The notes: generated from the letters alone by a model not told the origin. A stretch of 64,000 bases of DNA from Lepidodermella squamata (GCA_047495785.1 JBLDXI010000007.1:682001-746000); one strand, 5' to 3'; shown: positions 12,201-25,152, numbered from the stretch's first letter. Numbers and translations are program-made.

Positions 12201-15200
12201 TTCGGCATCGGCGATATTCAATTTCTCTGTGATCACTTGTGATCAATGTCTCAAGTGAAAATGGGCTTCGTAAGAGGTGCGGAATCGCCAGGTTTTACGT
12301 GATAACATTTCAAGAAGTAGCCCTCTCATTATACGAAAATAATACCACTAAAACAGCACTACTACGGTAGCGTTAGGGCTACTGCTATTTCAGTGCTACC
12401 TAGCGCTTCAGAAAAAAATCGGAAAAAACACCTCGCAGTTAGGAAGGGCAGTTACCTGATTTTTCATCCCCAACCACGTGACCTCTCATCGCTCGCTCAA
12501 TTCAAGGTAACTGGCCAATGCGGGTCCTTGATTGATGGACAATCAATGCTAATTTGTATGCTAATTTGTTAGATTATTGCTATGCTTATTTGGTATGCTA
12601 ATTTGTTAGATTTCACAAATATGTAGTCTGGGCGAATTTTTAAAATGCTACGGCGTCTCTACGGCGCCGTAGTGACCCGCCGTACCGCCACCGTAGTTCA
12701 CCGTGCTGGCAGTGTCCTACTATTACGGTGCGAGTGCTATTATTTTCGACTAGAATTGTAAAGAAAAATCTCGTATTTTCGCAATTAGCACTACATTGGG
12801 CAATTGGGAAACAAAACTTGTTGGCACGGAAATGTGCACGACCGGTAAATAGCCTTGGTAAATGGCTACGAACGCAAACCTTTCCTGCGGGAATGTTGTC
12901 AAACTTGCGAGTGTTGTAACCAGTAACCAGCACCCTGGTCACTTTCTCGAAAAATGAAAAATGACATAAATAAATCAGCCAGTTTTTCATTTATGATATG
13001 TGCTCATTTTGTTGTTTCTGTTGTAGCAGCTGTGAAAAAAGCATCGCTTAATAAGTCCGAATTTTAAGCTGTCCATAGTCACAAGTGTTTAGAAACCGGT
13101 GCGTCGAAAAAGCGACGCAAAATTGATCGATCGTATAAATCGGTATGGTTTGTTTTCATTATTGCCCATATTATTAATATTAATTTCTGGCGATTGTTCT
13201 CGTGGTTTTCGACACCAAACATGGCTATTTTGCCCAAAATAAAACCGCAATAAAAATGTGAGGATGAACATTTCCGCTGATAAAACATAAAAGCTGATGA
13301 AAGATAAACTGGACTTTTCCTAATTCCTCAGTTGCGTAATCTTAACAATGCATCAAACTATGGATGAAGGTAAGGAGGGCCACGAAACCCCTCCTTCGTG
13401 TAATAAGGACGATTATAACATAATTTCGAGCCCTATTATCAATCGGCTGATGGATTAAAAAGGAATACTGCTTTTCGAATAATGGTGGTTGTAGCCAACT
13501 AATGCTCCTGTCTACATGTTGTTCGAGATGAATCTATTTGTTTCAGAAGACAGTTTTTTGAGAATTCGCTGAATTTAATGGTGATTTTTGTTACATTATT
13601 GTGGTCAATCTTAATACCCAAGAAATATCCGATCAGCGATTACAGGCCACTAGAAATTTCCAAAATTTGGGTCCGCTAACAGCCAAATCTGGTTACGCTA
13701 CAGCTAATTTGGTTCCGGCGGTAAAAGGAGGACCCATATTATTTTGTATGACAACTTCCGCGGCGAGGTGACTTTTCCTGCTAAAATACCTCCGGCTAAG
13801 TTACCCCACAGCAAGGTACTGCTGAACCAAAGCTATACAAGGCTAATTTTGTAACAAAAATGCCGTGATTTTTTCGAATTTTCGAAAATTTGAAAGTTGA
13901 GTTTTTTCAGTGATGTCGTTCGTCTTGCGACGTAAGGGACCGCCTGTGCTAGCGTATATTTCTATATACAATTATACTGCTATATGGCGGTTGTTTACAA
14001 CTGCGGCGCGGTTGTATCCCAAATTACTACTTTCGGTTCAAGGGCTATAAAATTGCCATTAGCTGCGATTGCTATCTTGCGCTCTTGGACTCTTGAAGAG
14101 AATAGAGAAATTCTGCTGCTTCTTCGCTTATCTTTTCTATGACTTTTCAAAGTTTTCTACTGCTCTTCTGGAATTCTTTGATTTAAGATTTCAAAGGTAG
14201 CAAAAGCGAACTGCCGTAAGCCGTTGCCGTGCATCTTTATTTTCAACGCAACGAAATACTCGAAAATGAACAAAGGAAATGAAACCATGAAAATAATTCA
14301 TGAAACTTTGTTTCAACAAATATGGTGATAACAGGCTGAATATATCGAAATAGCCAGCACTCAGCAATAGTAGAGTAACGACCTTTTACCGGAATTTCGC
14401 CAATTTTCCAGTTTCGATTCCCAATCAATTTCCAATATCCAATCAGCTATAACTGAAGAGGAGACTTCGAGTACAAGTTGTAGTATAATAATCCTATCAA
14501 CAATGCAGAATTTAAAATTTAATACAGCAGGATGTAGGATGCAGGATGCCCTATTTCTACTTTAATAGCTTCGGAGATATTGCAATAAGATGTTAATGAA
14601 TCATTACCAACTATTTTTGAAATGACCCATTCTAAATAGAAAGTTAATCTGATTTCTACGAAAAATTATAAATGATATTTATGAACACTTAATTTTGTTG
14701 AAAGTAGAACTCGTCCCTGGAAGTTAGCGGATAATCTTTGAAGTGTCGCAATTAGGAAACAAGCGATATTTAAAGTTTTCTGAAAGTGTATCACTTTTAA
14801 CCGACGTAACAATTTTCAAGAGGAGATGACGGCGATACTCCATTGGGTATCTAGCTAACTATGTAACTAACGATAACTAAATTAACAAGCCACAGAAATG
14901 GGAGCTTAAGCGTCGTTGAATAACTCGGATTTGGGCTTGTATATATACATATATGTCAGTTACAAGATGAATACCGTCATTTGGGGTAATCTGGGTCATT
15001 GGGGCTATTCGGACGAATGTTCATGCAAACAGGAGAATGAGCATGGCTAAAAACTACCCGGCCGTTGGCGATGAAATTTTGCACGGAGTTAGATGGAAAG
15101 ACGACCCACATGCCATAAAAATTTCATGACCTGAGAGTAAGTGGTTGTGAAGAAATGAGCTTACCTTTCAGGTGTAAGTTTAACTCAGTTTAAGCACAGT

Positions 15201-15409
15201 TCTGCGTTGAATTACCTGGACCCGAAGAGAATTTTGCTGGACCTGCGCCCAATTTTTCCTGAATCTACAGACGCTAGGTAAACCATGAAAATTAAAAACG
15301 CCCCGATCCGACTCATACTTTTGTCTAATTAATTGCGTCCGATTAGCCCCACGAAAAAATTGGAATCGGAACAGAGAAATGCGGCAGAATTGGAATATTC
15401 TAATGAGCT

Positions 15410-17494
15410 TTGTTGTTGATAAGTTCCTCAGCAAATGAGGCATACTTCGAATTTAAGAGGTTTGTAAAACTTTTGATTAAGGTTTACCGAATGAAATATC
15501 TGCGATTGAATATTAAATTTTCAAAAAATTCTTCTGACCAACAGCGAGGAAATTCTCGTGGTCCACAAAATCATGGATGGTACGATGGAAATTCTGATCC
15601 AGAATTTGAATATTTCAAGTTTTTGCACAATAAGTACGAGTCAGGCCATCTTGGCACAAGGTCACACGAGTGGCCAACGTACAACATGCTTTTTGAAAAA
15701 TTCGGCCACCAAAATTACGCAGATAAGGACGAGGACTATCAGTTTCTAACAGCTAACCGCTCAGAAAATTTCGACACAGCCAGTGAGGGTAGCCTGATCG
15801 ACGAAGAAGTTGATAGTGAAGAAGATGCCGAAATTGAGGTAGCTCGAGCTGAAAGTGACATGCTCGAAGAAACCGAGTCGGTAGCAACAAACAGGCAAAC
15901 AAGGAAGCGAACAAACCAGTCACCGTCTGATGACGCCAAAAAAGTTCGACGCGGCGACCACCAATGCGAGAAAATCCTTTCACAAGCCAGCTTTGAGAGC
16001 TATCTCCAGGAGTGGAAGACCATCCACACTACGCCTGAGGTAGAAAACGCCTGGGTGGAGCAAATGTTGTTTGGCTGGAGGAATACATCAGCCCTACAGC
16101 AACTTGAACGTATGTTTCATCACGCCCCATCTAGTCGAGCGACGCTGAAACTGTGGCACGCACTGAACCCGAGCGATAAATGGCTCCTTGTGAAGCAGTG
16201 GAACCAAACACCGATCAATAAACAGCTCAACCTCCAGAGCAGCCTAGAAAGAGGCGAAACGTTCCCTCCGATTGAACCGATGTTCATCAAAAGTGACCGA
16301 AATGAGTTCCACACGTACATGACAACAAAATCGAAACCGACAGGAAAGCAAGGCACAGGTCATCAGAACCAAAGCAGAAACCACAATCAGGATCGGAGAA
16401 ATACCGACCAAAGCGATGATGACGACTCAGAAGGAAGCGAGCCACAGACGTCTAAGTCAACACCCAGACAACCGATGGGTTGGGTAATCGACAGAGTGAA
16501 GGGTTACCTATCTAAAAGAGAAATCATGAACGAAATCGAGAAACTCGCACCGAACGCTACCTTCAAAAAAATTGTCAAGTTGCAAAAAGGAGTCATCTAC
16601 TTACTGCCAGAACCAGCAGACAGGGAAAAAGTCGACCAAATTTTCAAAACCCAAAACTTTCCATCTGATATCTTCGGAGGTCAGAAAATCTCGATCCACA
16701 GACCAGGCGAATCGGGCAGGTTGACAGGAGCAGAGGAAGCGAAGAAAGTTGTTCTAAAGAGCGTTGACCGAGACCTAACAGTGGATGACATCAGATATTA
16801 CCTTGAAAAAGCAGGATATCAACCGACTGAGTTATTCTGGTTAACTCCAGAGTCAGAGAAAACAGGACTGTGTAAGCTCGTCTTCAGCTCAGCAGAAGAG
16901 GCCGACAAACTCAGGACCGCCGGAAGGGTCGCAATAGGTCCATGCATCTACAAATGCACAATCTCAGCCCCAAAACCAAGCATACCGAGATGCTTTGTGT
17001 GCCAAGGTTGGAACCATGTCATCGGAAACTGCCCGATGCTTGCCGAGATGGGGAAAAACGCAGCCCCGCCAGAAGTACTGAACAAGTTGAGAACCTGCGC
17101 CAAGTGCGGAGGAAAAGGTCACCACAACAAAGAGTGCTCGGTTGGTACATTTCACTGCTCAAACTGCGGTAGCCCTGATCACCCAGCAACGTCACACAGC
17201 TGCCCGTCCTACGTAGAGGCAAAAAGGATGCAAGAAGAACACCAAAAAAGAAGAGCAGAAGAACGTATGACGAAAGCAACCGGTACCCTGAAACCCGCAC
17301 CGGTCCCTGCATTCAACGTGTGGGCCGAAAGGCTGGAAAGGAGCGTGGACAACCAAGTCGACATCATCCTGAAAATACTTGACCGATTAATCCCTAAGAT
17401 CGAGCAAGGCATGACGACTGAGCAAAAGCTTAAGTTAGTGAAAACCGAACTGCGCAGTATCAAAAAGGAAAATGAAAATACCAAGTCTTCATAA
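15410..17494 (+). CDS. LINE ORF1 (gag-like nucleic-acid-binding protein); first ATG at 15491
   Basis: 694-codon ORF with an RRM-like region and three CCHC knuckles: CFVCQGWNHVIGNC, CAKCGGKGHHNKEC, CSNCGSPDHPATSHSC. Directly upstream of APE-RT. Confidence 0.93.
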   Translation: MLLISSSANEAYFEFKRFVKLLIKVYRMKYLRLNIKFSKNSSDQQRGNSRGPQNHGWYDGNSDPEFEYFKFLHNKYESGHLGTRSHEWPTYNMLFEKFGHQNYADKDEDYQFLTANRSENFDTASEGSLIDEEVDSEEDAEIEVARAESDMLEETESVATNRQTRKRTNQSPSDDAKKVRRGDHQCEKILSQASFESYLQEWKTIHTTPEVENAWVEQMLFGWRNTSALQQLERMFHHAPSSRATLKLWHALNPSDKWLLVKQWNQTPINKQLNLQSSLERGETFPPIEPMFIKSDRNEFHTYMTTKSKPTGKQGTGHQNQSRNHNQDRRNTDQSDDDDSEGSEPQTSKSTPRQPMGWVIDRVKGYLSKREIMNEIEKLAPNATFKKIVKLQKGVIYLLPEPADREKVDQIFKTQNFPSDIFGGQKISIHRPGESGRLTGAEEAKKVVLKSVDRDLTVDDIRYYLEKAGYQPTELFWLTPESEKTGLCKLVFSSAEEADKLRTAGRVAIGPCIYKCTISAPKPSIPRCFVCQGWNHVIGNCPMLAEMGKNAAPPEVLNKLRTCAKCGGKGHHNKECSVGTFHCSNCGSPDHPATSHSCPSYVEAKRMQEEHQKRRAEERMTKATGTLKPAPVPAFNVWAERLERSVDNQVDIILKILDRLIPKIEQGMTTEQKLKLVKTELRSIKKENENTKSS

Positions 17495-20267
17495 TATGTC
17501 ATATCAACGCAAATCGACTTACTAAGGCAAGAATCATAGAACTGAAAACCATAGCAAGAACATTCAACGTAGACATTATTTGCATCAATGAAACTTTCCT
17601 GAAACCTCACAAGACTTTCTATCTGAAAGGTTACAAGGTTTTCCGACACGACCGCCTACATATAGACGGCGGCGGGGTTGCCATACTAATAAGAGAAGGA
17701 ATAGAATGCGAAGACCTAGGAGGCTCAACCATAGACAACTGTGAAATTCAGATGGCACAAATTAAACTTGAAGGCGTAGCAGCCATCAAAATAGTTTCAG
17801 TATACTGCCCGCCGACCATCATTCTGTCCGATGCCGCCATGGCACACATCAAACCCGATGTAGACACGATCATGTGCGGTGACTTCAACGCGCATGACTA
17901 TGCTCTAGGCACAACCGGTAGGCTCGACGCTAGCGGGGCAAAACTAGTATTTCACCTACGCAACTCTAAGTTAAAACTACTGTCGCAGGGTGAACACACG
18001 TACACAACGCGTAAAGGCAGAAAGGAATGCCTCGATCTATTCATAGCCGGTGAAAAAGCAGCTAAGCGGGCGGTATCAGTCGAGGTTCTACCAGACATAG
18101 GATCTGACCACCTGCCAGTAGCACTACATGTAAGAGTAACGGCCAAGGCCCCTAGTAGCTTCCCTGAACTTCGTCTAAACTTGGATGCAATGAAAACAGA
18201 ACAATTTAAGGACGAAATCGACAAAATGTGTGAAAGGTTCGACACTACCGACCTGACTTCGATAGAGAAGATCGACGCAGCAATAGAAAATCTTGAATCA
18301 ATAGTAAACCAAGCGACGACTACCACTACACCGAAATGTGTAGCCGGCAAACTCAGAGGCTGGCGACTAACAGCAGAGATTAAGACCGCCATAGACGAAA
18401 GAAGAGCAGCAAGAAGGGCTTGGGAGCTTTCACGCTCAAGCCGAATGAGAACAAGGTATAACGCAGCCACAAGAAAGGTCAAGTACCTTGTTGCTAAAGA
18501 AAGAGCAGGGCGATTTAAAAGACGGTGTACCGAGTTATCCAAAATGTTGAAAGACAAACCCAGACTATTCTGGAAAGAATTCCACGTTCTATCGAACAAC
18601 ACCTTAGCATCGAATCAGAGACAATATCCGCCAATCAAAGACAGCACAGGCCTTGACCAGTTCACAAACTCTGGGAAGGCGACAATCTTTGCAGACCACC
18701 TCCAAACGGTCTGGAAAACACCCGATGATCCAAAGTTTTGTAAAGATACAGAAGAGTTAGTAGAAAAAACGTTGAAAAAATACAAACATGAAATTGAACG
18801 ACCGAAAGTAGCTAGACGTGACCGGTCTGGAAGATGGACGGTCAAACCTGGTGAGGTGGCTACGCTAGTCAAGCGACTGAAGAATACAGCACCAGGGGAG
18901 GATGGTATCATGAATGCCGTCCTTAAGCGAGCGCCTGACAGCTACTGGGTTAAAGCTACCGATATTTTTAATGCCTGTTTAAAATTCAGTTTTTTCCATC
19001 AAAATGGAAAAAAGCCGTCGTAGTCCTCATTCCTAAAGAGGGCAAGGACTGGAAAAGCCCGAAGGGGTATCGACCGATCAGCCTACTTAACTCGCTCGCA
19101 AAAATTCTCGAGAGACTGGTAGCCCGTAGAGTATTGGAAGAGATGCGGGAGCGGAAAATTATGCCGCTTAGTCAATCCGCCTTCCAAAACAAGCACTCCG
19201 TAGAGGATCACCCCTTCCGTATTGCGCAACTTGCCATTACAGGTCTCATCGAAAGCGAAGAAACCTACGTGACATGTTTAGACATCGAGGGCGCATTCGA
19301 TCGAATCTGGCAAAGGGCAGTCATATACAAAATGCTGACCTTTGGCTTTCCCGACATTGCCACAGCATGGGTCGCGGACTTCCTGAATAAACGCTCGTTC
19401 TGCTGTAGGGTCGGCAACGACCATAGTACGGTTAGAGAGATCACCGGGGGTGTGCCACAGGGTTCGCCCCTGAGCCCGATCCTCTATGTCCTTTACACCG
19501 CTGACTTGCCCAGAGAAATCCCGAACACTGTCATGAACAGCTTGTTCGCAGACGACGTTGCTCTAGCTGCGAAGCACAAAACGCCAGCAGTGGCAATAGC
19601 CCGAATGAACGCAGGCCTGAGAAAAGTCTCTGACTACTTTAACCGGTGGAGATTGAAGGCGAATGCGGGTAAAAGTCAAGCCCTGCGAATCTCCAACCGA
19701 ACGAGGGCGCCGCCATCAGCAATCCAGCTAGATGGATGCGACCTCGAATGGCACGAATCAGTGAAATACCTCGGGGTTCTGATCGACAAAAAGCTGCTAT
19801 TCAAAAAGCAAGTGGAAAGTGCCATCGCGAAAGCCTCCGTCAGAATTACAGCGCTACATGCGGTCTGTAGGAAAAACTTTGGTCTTTCCAAGGAGGCGGC
19901 AGTTTTGGTTTACACCACTTACATCAGACCCGTCTTGATTTTCGGCTGTCAAGCATGGCTTGGAATTGACAAAGGACTTTGGAAGAAGCTCGAAACACTG
20001 CAAAACCAAGCTTTGAGAATTGCCTTGCGACTAGCGCCTTGGCATAGCACAGCAGATACGCTGGCAAGAGCGAAGGTTGAGCCCATCAGGGTTTACGCTA
20101 CCAGATTAGCGACAAATTGGCTAACCAGATCGATCGAACACAACAACCTCGTTGGCAGAGAATCTGCTCTGCAACTAAAGCGTCCAATCGACTTGAGAGT
20201 CTACCGTAACGCGAAACGATCGCCGCTCTCGGCGATGAGGCTAGCCTTAGAAGGTCGGCGTCCGTAA
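17476..20267 (+). CDS. LINE ORF2 (APE endonuclease + reverse transcriptase, Jockey/I group) with one frameshift at ~18995
   Basis: Open from 17476 in the -1 frame relative to ORF1: IICHINAN, DIICINETFL, GGGVAILI, VYCPP, GDFNAH, SDHLPV. After the T-run: WKKAVVVLIPK, YRPISLL, LDIEGAFDRIW, GVPQGSPLSPILY, FADDVA, VKYLGVLID. Confidence 0.93.
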
Positions 20268-20398
20268 CTACACTAATATTTTATAGCTAACACTTGCCTG
20301 TTCAACCAGCGACACCCACGCAAGACTCGGGCTTCTCACAGGCTCGGTCCTCTGTTTGGGTGGTTTACTAAGTGCCTATTTCCAATTTTTAACTTTCG

Positions 20399-20490
20399 GC
20401 TCAGATCCGCTCAAGCCCGAACCCTAAGCGCTCCGTTTCGTGACGTTAGGGCGGGGGCCTTAGGCAAGCCCACTCGGCGTGGATCTGAGC
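20399..20490 (+). ncRNA. Structured RNA motif, copy 1 (LINE 3' UTR)
   Basis: Closing stem GCTCAGATCC/GGATCTGAGC, inner stem CCCTAA/TTAGGG preceded by GTGACG, hairpin GGGC/GCCC, then TCGGCGTGGATCTGAG. Confidence 0.55.
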
Positions 20491-20505
20491 AATGTATAAA
20501 TCGAA

Positions 20506-20598
20506 CCGAACTCATCCACAGCCGTACCTTATGCACTCTGTTTCATGATGATAGGGCGGGGCCTTAAGCAAGTCCACTCGGCGTGGCTCTGGGTTCGG
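20506..20598 (+). ncRNA. Structured RNA motif, copy 2 (LINE 3' UTR)
   Basis: Diverged tandem copy: CCGAAC/GTTCGG, CCTTAT/ATAGGG, ATGATG, GGGC/GTCC, TCGGCGTGGCTCTGGG. Substitutions mostly preserve pairing. Confidence 0.55.
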
Positions 20599-20753
20599 AC
20601 CTCGAAAATCGTAGGACCAGTCTAGGCTACAATCCCTGGATGCCCGGCCCTGAATGATCTGCTGTCAGAGATTTCAGCGACGACCCTAAAAAGTCCGCTA
20701 GGCGCCAGGTTGAGTGTACTGATGACGACTCGGAAGATTACGATCTACATATA

Positions 20754-23700
20754 CAGGGTGTTCTTTTTAAAACCGAACATCCTGCCGTAGTCGCGAAAAA
20801 TAAATTTGCCGGCTATTTTACAAAAATAATTTTACTAAAATAATTTTTTATCACTTTTAATATACATTTTTAATTTTATTTTCAATTGCACGATACCCTT
20901 GAATTTTAGCGCGCGTTGCCACGTCGACGCGTCGGTTTTTAAATTTTAGCGGTTAAAACGCCTGAAATCAGGGTTTTCGCGCCTGGTTCCTAAGGTAACC
21001 GGCAAGCGCGCGGCTCTTTGCCGCGCATCATTCAAGTCAGTTAAGCGAGCTAAATGTTTTAGCCGCGCCGTTTTTTCTTATTCGGTTTCAGTTTTCGCAA
21101 TGTGGTATACCCAAAATCGGTGAAAAGAGCCTTAAATTGCGCTTCCTTGCCGTTGAAATCCACCGCTGGAATCAAGAAGACGGCGGTGCAACGTGGTTTT
21201 CTGCTGTCTTGAGGAGTCTAATGATATAACAAGCGGCCTTGAAAACTTGTCGCTCAAGTTTCAGTCCGCGGATCAGAGAAACGCACCCTTTTCTGGGCGA
21301 AATGCAATGCAACTAGCTGTTTCACGATGAAAAGGGCAGTGGTATCATGTAAATAAACGGAAAGCTGGGGGGAAACATGTCGAATTTACTGGCATAGATG
21401 TTGCTGATGCGGAAGACACGTTGCCTTCCTTCTTTATCCTTGATGTTCTCTCATCCTTGTGTGATACTTCGTCGTCCGCAGTGAGGCCGTAGCTAACTTC
21501 TATAGACTAATTAAAGCTGATCTCAAAGGCGTTACCACCGTTATCATCAAAGCTGTCTCGTAGAACATGTTCATAATATCAAAAAGAAAAAATACAAGGT
21601 ATTTTAGATTACGATGATTTAGCCGCTCAGTTCATTTCGTTTGCTGCTGTTCGTAACATCAGTCATGTTCCTTACTAAGGATAGTGGTTTACAAGTCAGC
21701 GTAGCTTGGTGCTTAGTAAGGACTGTCATCCTAATAGTCATAACTATGGACACTCACTCTTCACTATACGCCGCGTCTTTTAAGATGCACAGGTCCATCT
21801 GAGATCAGATCCTTAGATCGCTCAGTCTGAAGCGGCGAAGTCTGAGTAAGGATTGTTGAGTAAGCCATTCCTACCAAGCATACCAGTGACACCGCGTCCT
21901 TACTTGGAAGCCATCTTGCTAAGGATGTCTTGCTTAGTAAGGACATCCTTAGTAAGGAATTCCTTATAGCAAGATTGCTTTCAAGTAAAGAGAGCGCTTA
22001 GCATCTCTTTTACTCATAAATGCATCCTTAACATCCATAGCATGGAAAATCAACATCGCTAGGCTATGAACAGCCGTTTATTTGCACCATTCAGATCAAG
22101 TTGAGTGTTTAACAAAACGTCATGTAAACTTTAACATCATTGGCAGCATCCGGCGCGCGGCGTGAGTCGTTAAGAGTGAGAATTTAGCATCATTTTCGGC
22201 GAAAAATTCATTGGTATCACTGGATCCGCCGGAGATTTGAAAACAGCCGATGACTGAGACAACGCTTAGGACTGATAACCGAGATCTTATTCAGACATTG
22301 ATCACTCGTTTGCGGCGGCGCAGGGCAGAGGCGGGAATATTCCGTGGTGATGCCCGTGTCCTGTCATCCATTTCCCTGCGGTAACCGCAGTTGCGGGCGG
22401 GTGTAACTGTTTGTGAGACTGCGGTAACAAAGCAAGTTTAACACCACGCCAGTCTTTGTCTTTTATATGCATCCCTTTGATCTCTGATTCTACGCGTCCT
22501 GTAAGAACAGTCCAGCATTCTCGCATAGATTTTACGTTTCTTGTAATATTTTAGTGGTAAACTATTTGATTGATGTAACTTCAAGCGCAATAAGTCACAA
22601 TAATATAACGCGCCCCACCCGCTGAATTTCCCGGAGAAATAGAAGAATAAGCGAAAACAAACGATTTCAAACCTTAGCCCTAATGCGGCCGCTGAAAACC
22701 AGTAGCAGCGGCTGAAATGTGTCAACGGGTAAAGTCTTTTGCAGAATTTTAACACGATTAAAGCTATATATTCACACAATGCCTAAAATTCATGCATCGA
22801 CGTCATATGGCCCCATAAATCACGAAGGATTGCGGCTACAACGCGTTGAAACGTCCTCTAACAAGGATGGTATGGTATCAGAAAGCCGACCCAGCGCTCG
22901 AGTTAGGGCGGCAACACCAGCATTTTTCTGCTTTATTGTCAAACTGACATCTTCTCTTAGCAAGTTCACTTATGTTGGCCAAAATTTAACCGCTAAATTA
23001 TTTGCTACGACCAAAAATATCCCGAAAAACCCGAAAAAACCCGAAAAATGCATGCCAAGCCACTTAAAGCGGAAAACCGCGTTGTCCAACCTAAAAATAA
23101 TGGTAACAAAGAAATATACAGTTTATTCTACAAGAAAACCATGAGAAAGATTGTTCTTACCAGATTATTTCATGAAATGGGCTATCCTTACGGTTGCTGA
23201 TCTGACTCAATGATGACGTCTAACCAGAGTGTGTAGGGCAGACGAAAGTCGATCCTGCGCTCGAATTACGGCGGCAACACTAGCTTTTTCCTGATTTGTC
23301 GTCATATTGATATAGTCTCCAAGCAAAATCACCCAATTTTACCCATATCTGACCGTTGATTATTTCCCAGCATCAATAAATGTTCCGATAAACCCGAATA
23401 ACTCCATTTTAACGCCTAAATGCATCCTAAGCCGTAAAACGAGAAAAACCACGGTGACCCCCCAAAAAGACATGGTAACTAAGAAATTTACACTCTATTC
23501 TACCAGAAAACAATGAGTAACAATGCTAATTAAGCAAAATTCATGACATGGACCATCTTGAAGATCGTTCATCTTGCCAGAGGATGAGATCTAACACAGC
23601 AGGTATGGCAGAAGGAAGTCCCTCCTGCTCACGAGTTAGTATGGCAACACCGACTTTTTCTTGTTTCATTGTCAAAGTATTTATGTCTCCTAGTGAATTC

Positions 23701-24512
23701 ACTCATTTGAGCCCCCATTTGACCGCTGAATTGTTTGCTAACATTGTAAATGTTCCGAATATCCCGAAAAACTCCATTTATCGACAGAATGCAGCAGCAA
23801 GTGAAAAACCGCGGTGACCCTCCAAAAAGTGACGGTAACTAAGTAGTATTTACTCTGCTTTACAAGAAAACAATGAGAGACAGTGTTTTTGACGGGTGAT
23901 TTTAAAGCATAGACCTCCTTGAAGATGGTGATAATGAGATCTATGCTCTGAAAGACCGGCTGGCTGTTAGGGCAGACGTGCTAAAAATAACCATCATCCT
24001 ACAAAAACGGCTGTGGTAATCTTGTAGAGAATACATTACTGTACTTAGAAACACTGTTTCCGCAAGGTATAACCGCACTTAGGTGAAAGTTTCCCGGGTT
24101 AAACGCTTAAGATCTGCGAAAAACGGCATAAAAATGGCTTGTTTAGGCTTAGCGCATACGTCTAATTGAGCCATATTTAGAAAAAATGACGCCGGCTGCC
24201 TTATTAAATGCTTGAAATGCTATCAGAAAAACACTAACAAAGGTGTCGTCACCGGTGATAAAATGCGGAATTACGGGGATGAAGTTGCGCGCCGGGGAAC
24301 TTGCGGTGCGCGGAGCGGCTACAACGCGAAAACGCGCGGCATCGCGCAGCACGCTTTTCCGTAGCAACAAAATTTTTATTTAAAAAAAATTATTAATATA
24401 ATAAAATAAAAATATTTTTAAAAGGATATTTAATTTTGTGCATAAAAATTTGCGGTAGCACGCGATTTTCCAACGCGCGCGGCGGATGTTCGGTTTTAAA
24501 AAGAACACCCTG
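20754..24512. mobile_element. Non-autonomous Tc1/mariner-type element (3.76 kb)
   Basis: Perfect TIR CAGGGTGTTCTTTTTAAAACCGAACATCC at both ends, TA TSD at 20752-20753 and 24513-24514. No transposase ORF. Confidence 0.92.
22860..23890. repeat. Three diverged ~365-bp tandem repeats inside the Tc1-type element
   Basis: Anchor TACMAGAAAACMATGAG recurs at ~23128, 23501 and 23861. GGCAACAC, GAAAAMCRCG and GGTAAC recur in register. Confidence 0.8.
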
Positions 24513-24753
24513 TACATGTTTTCTGAATGATTTAATTTTAGCCTGTCTTTATTTCAACTTCGAAGGCGCTGGATCCGGAACTATGTGAGCATGACTAAGT
24601 TTTTACTTTAATTTTCTACTATCGAACAAGTTGTATTTTGGCTCTTTATTTTTCGGTAAGAAATGTATGAGGGTGCCCACTTAGACGTTTAAGGCTTGAT
24701 ATTTTTTACAACACACTCAACACGCAACGGACGTCGAATAAAACACATATATT

Positions 24754-24940
24754 TGGTTAAGGACAGTAAATTTGGCATGGCGAAAGCCTACAGGATGAAT
24801 GCCCGTCTGATCCATTTTATGCATCAGGTCGACTGTGATCCTCCGATTGCAGTGACGCTGTAGGGACCGACTTGATGGTCCGATCGGCGTGGCTCTTCTG
24901 AGCCAAATGCCCCAGTAGGTTAGGGGGGGGGGGGGGGAAT
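24754..24940 (+). ncRNA. Structured RNA motif, copy 3 (left direct repeat of the ORF1-only unit), box C/D-like closure
   Basis: ATTTGGC...AGGATGA (24792)...GTGACGCTGTAGGG, hairpin GGACC/GGTCC, GATCGGCGTGGCTCTT-CTGA (24898)-GCCAAAT, then CCCCAGTAGGTTA and G15. Confidence 0.6.
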
Positions 24941-25152
24941 TTTCTGAGGTTACTGTCGTTACGAACCCGAGTGGTGTTCCTTAGAACGCGCACTCTTGAT
25001 TATTTTCAAACAATTTCTGCTGCTGTTTTTATCGATACGCCAACTTCGTCAGATATTTCCAACAACAAGCTGCTTCAACATCAAGCTGTACGTTATCGAT
25101 CGATACTACTACAAGCGCGCGGCAATCCCATTCATCGATTCAACCACGTGGC

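Noticed and set aside
9260-14900. Short ORFs, including 11409-11832 and 12640-12990
   Set aside because: No recognisable domains and no consistent splice phase; treated as intergenic or decayed repeat sequence.
17952-18602. 216-aa minus-strand ORF and similar ORFs opposite the LINE
   Set aside because: Antisense shadows of ORF1/ORF2 with no recognisable motifs.
20420-20428. Telomerase-template-like AACCCTAA in motif copy 1
   Set aside because: It pairs with TTAGGG in the same motif and is not conserved in the other three copies.
20399-20490. Pistol, twister or HDV ribozyme match for the motif
   Set aside because: CCCTAAGCG and GTTAGGGC occur in the reverse order to pistol, and I could not build the twister or HDV pseudoknots consistently in all copies.
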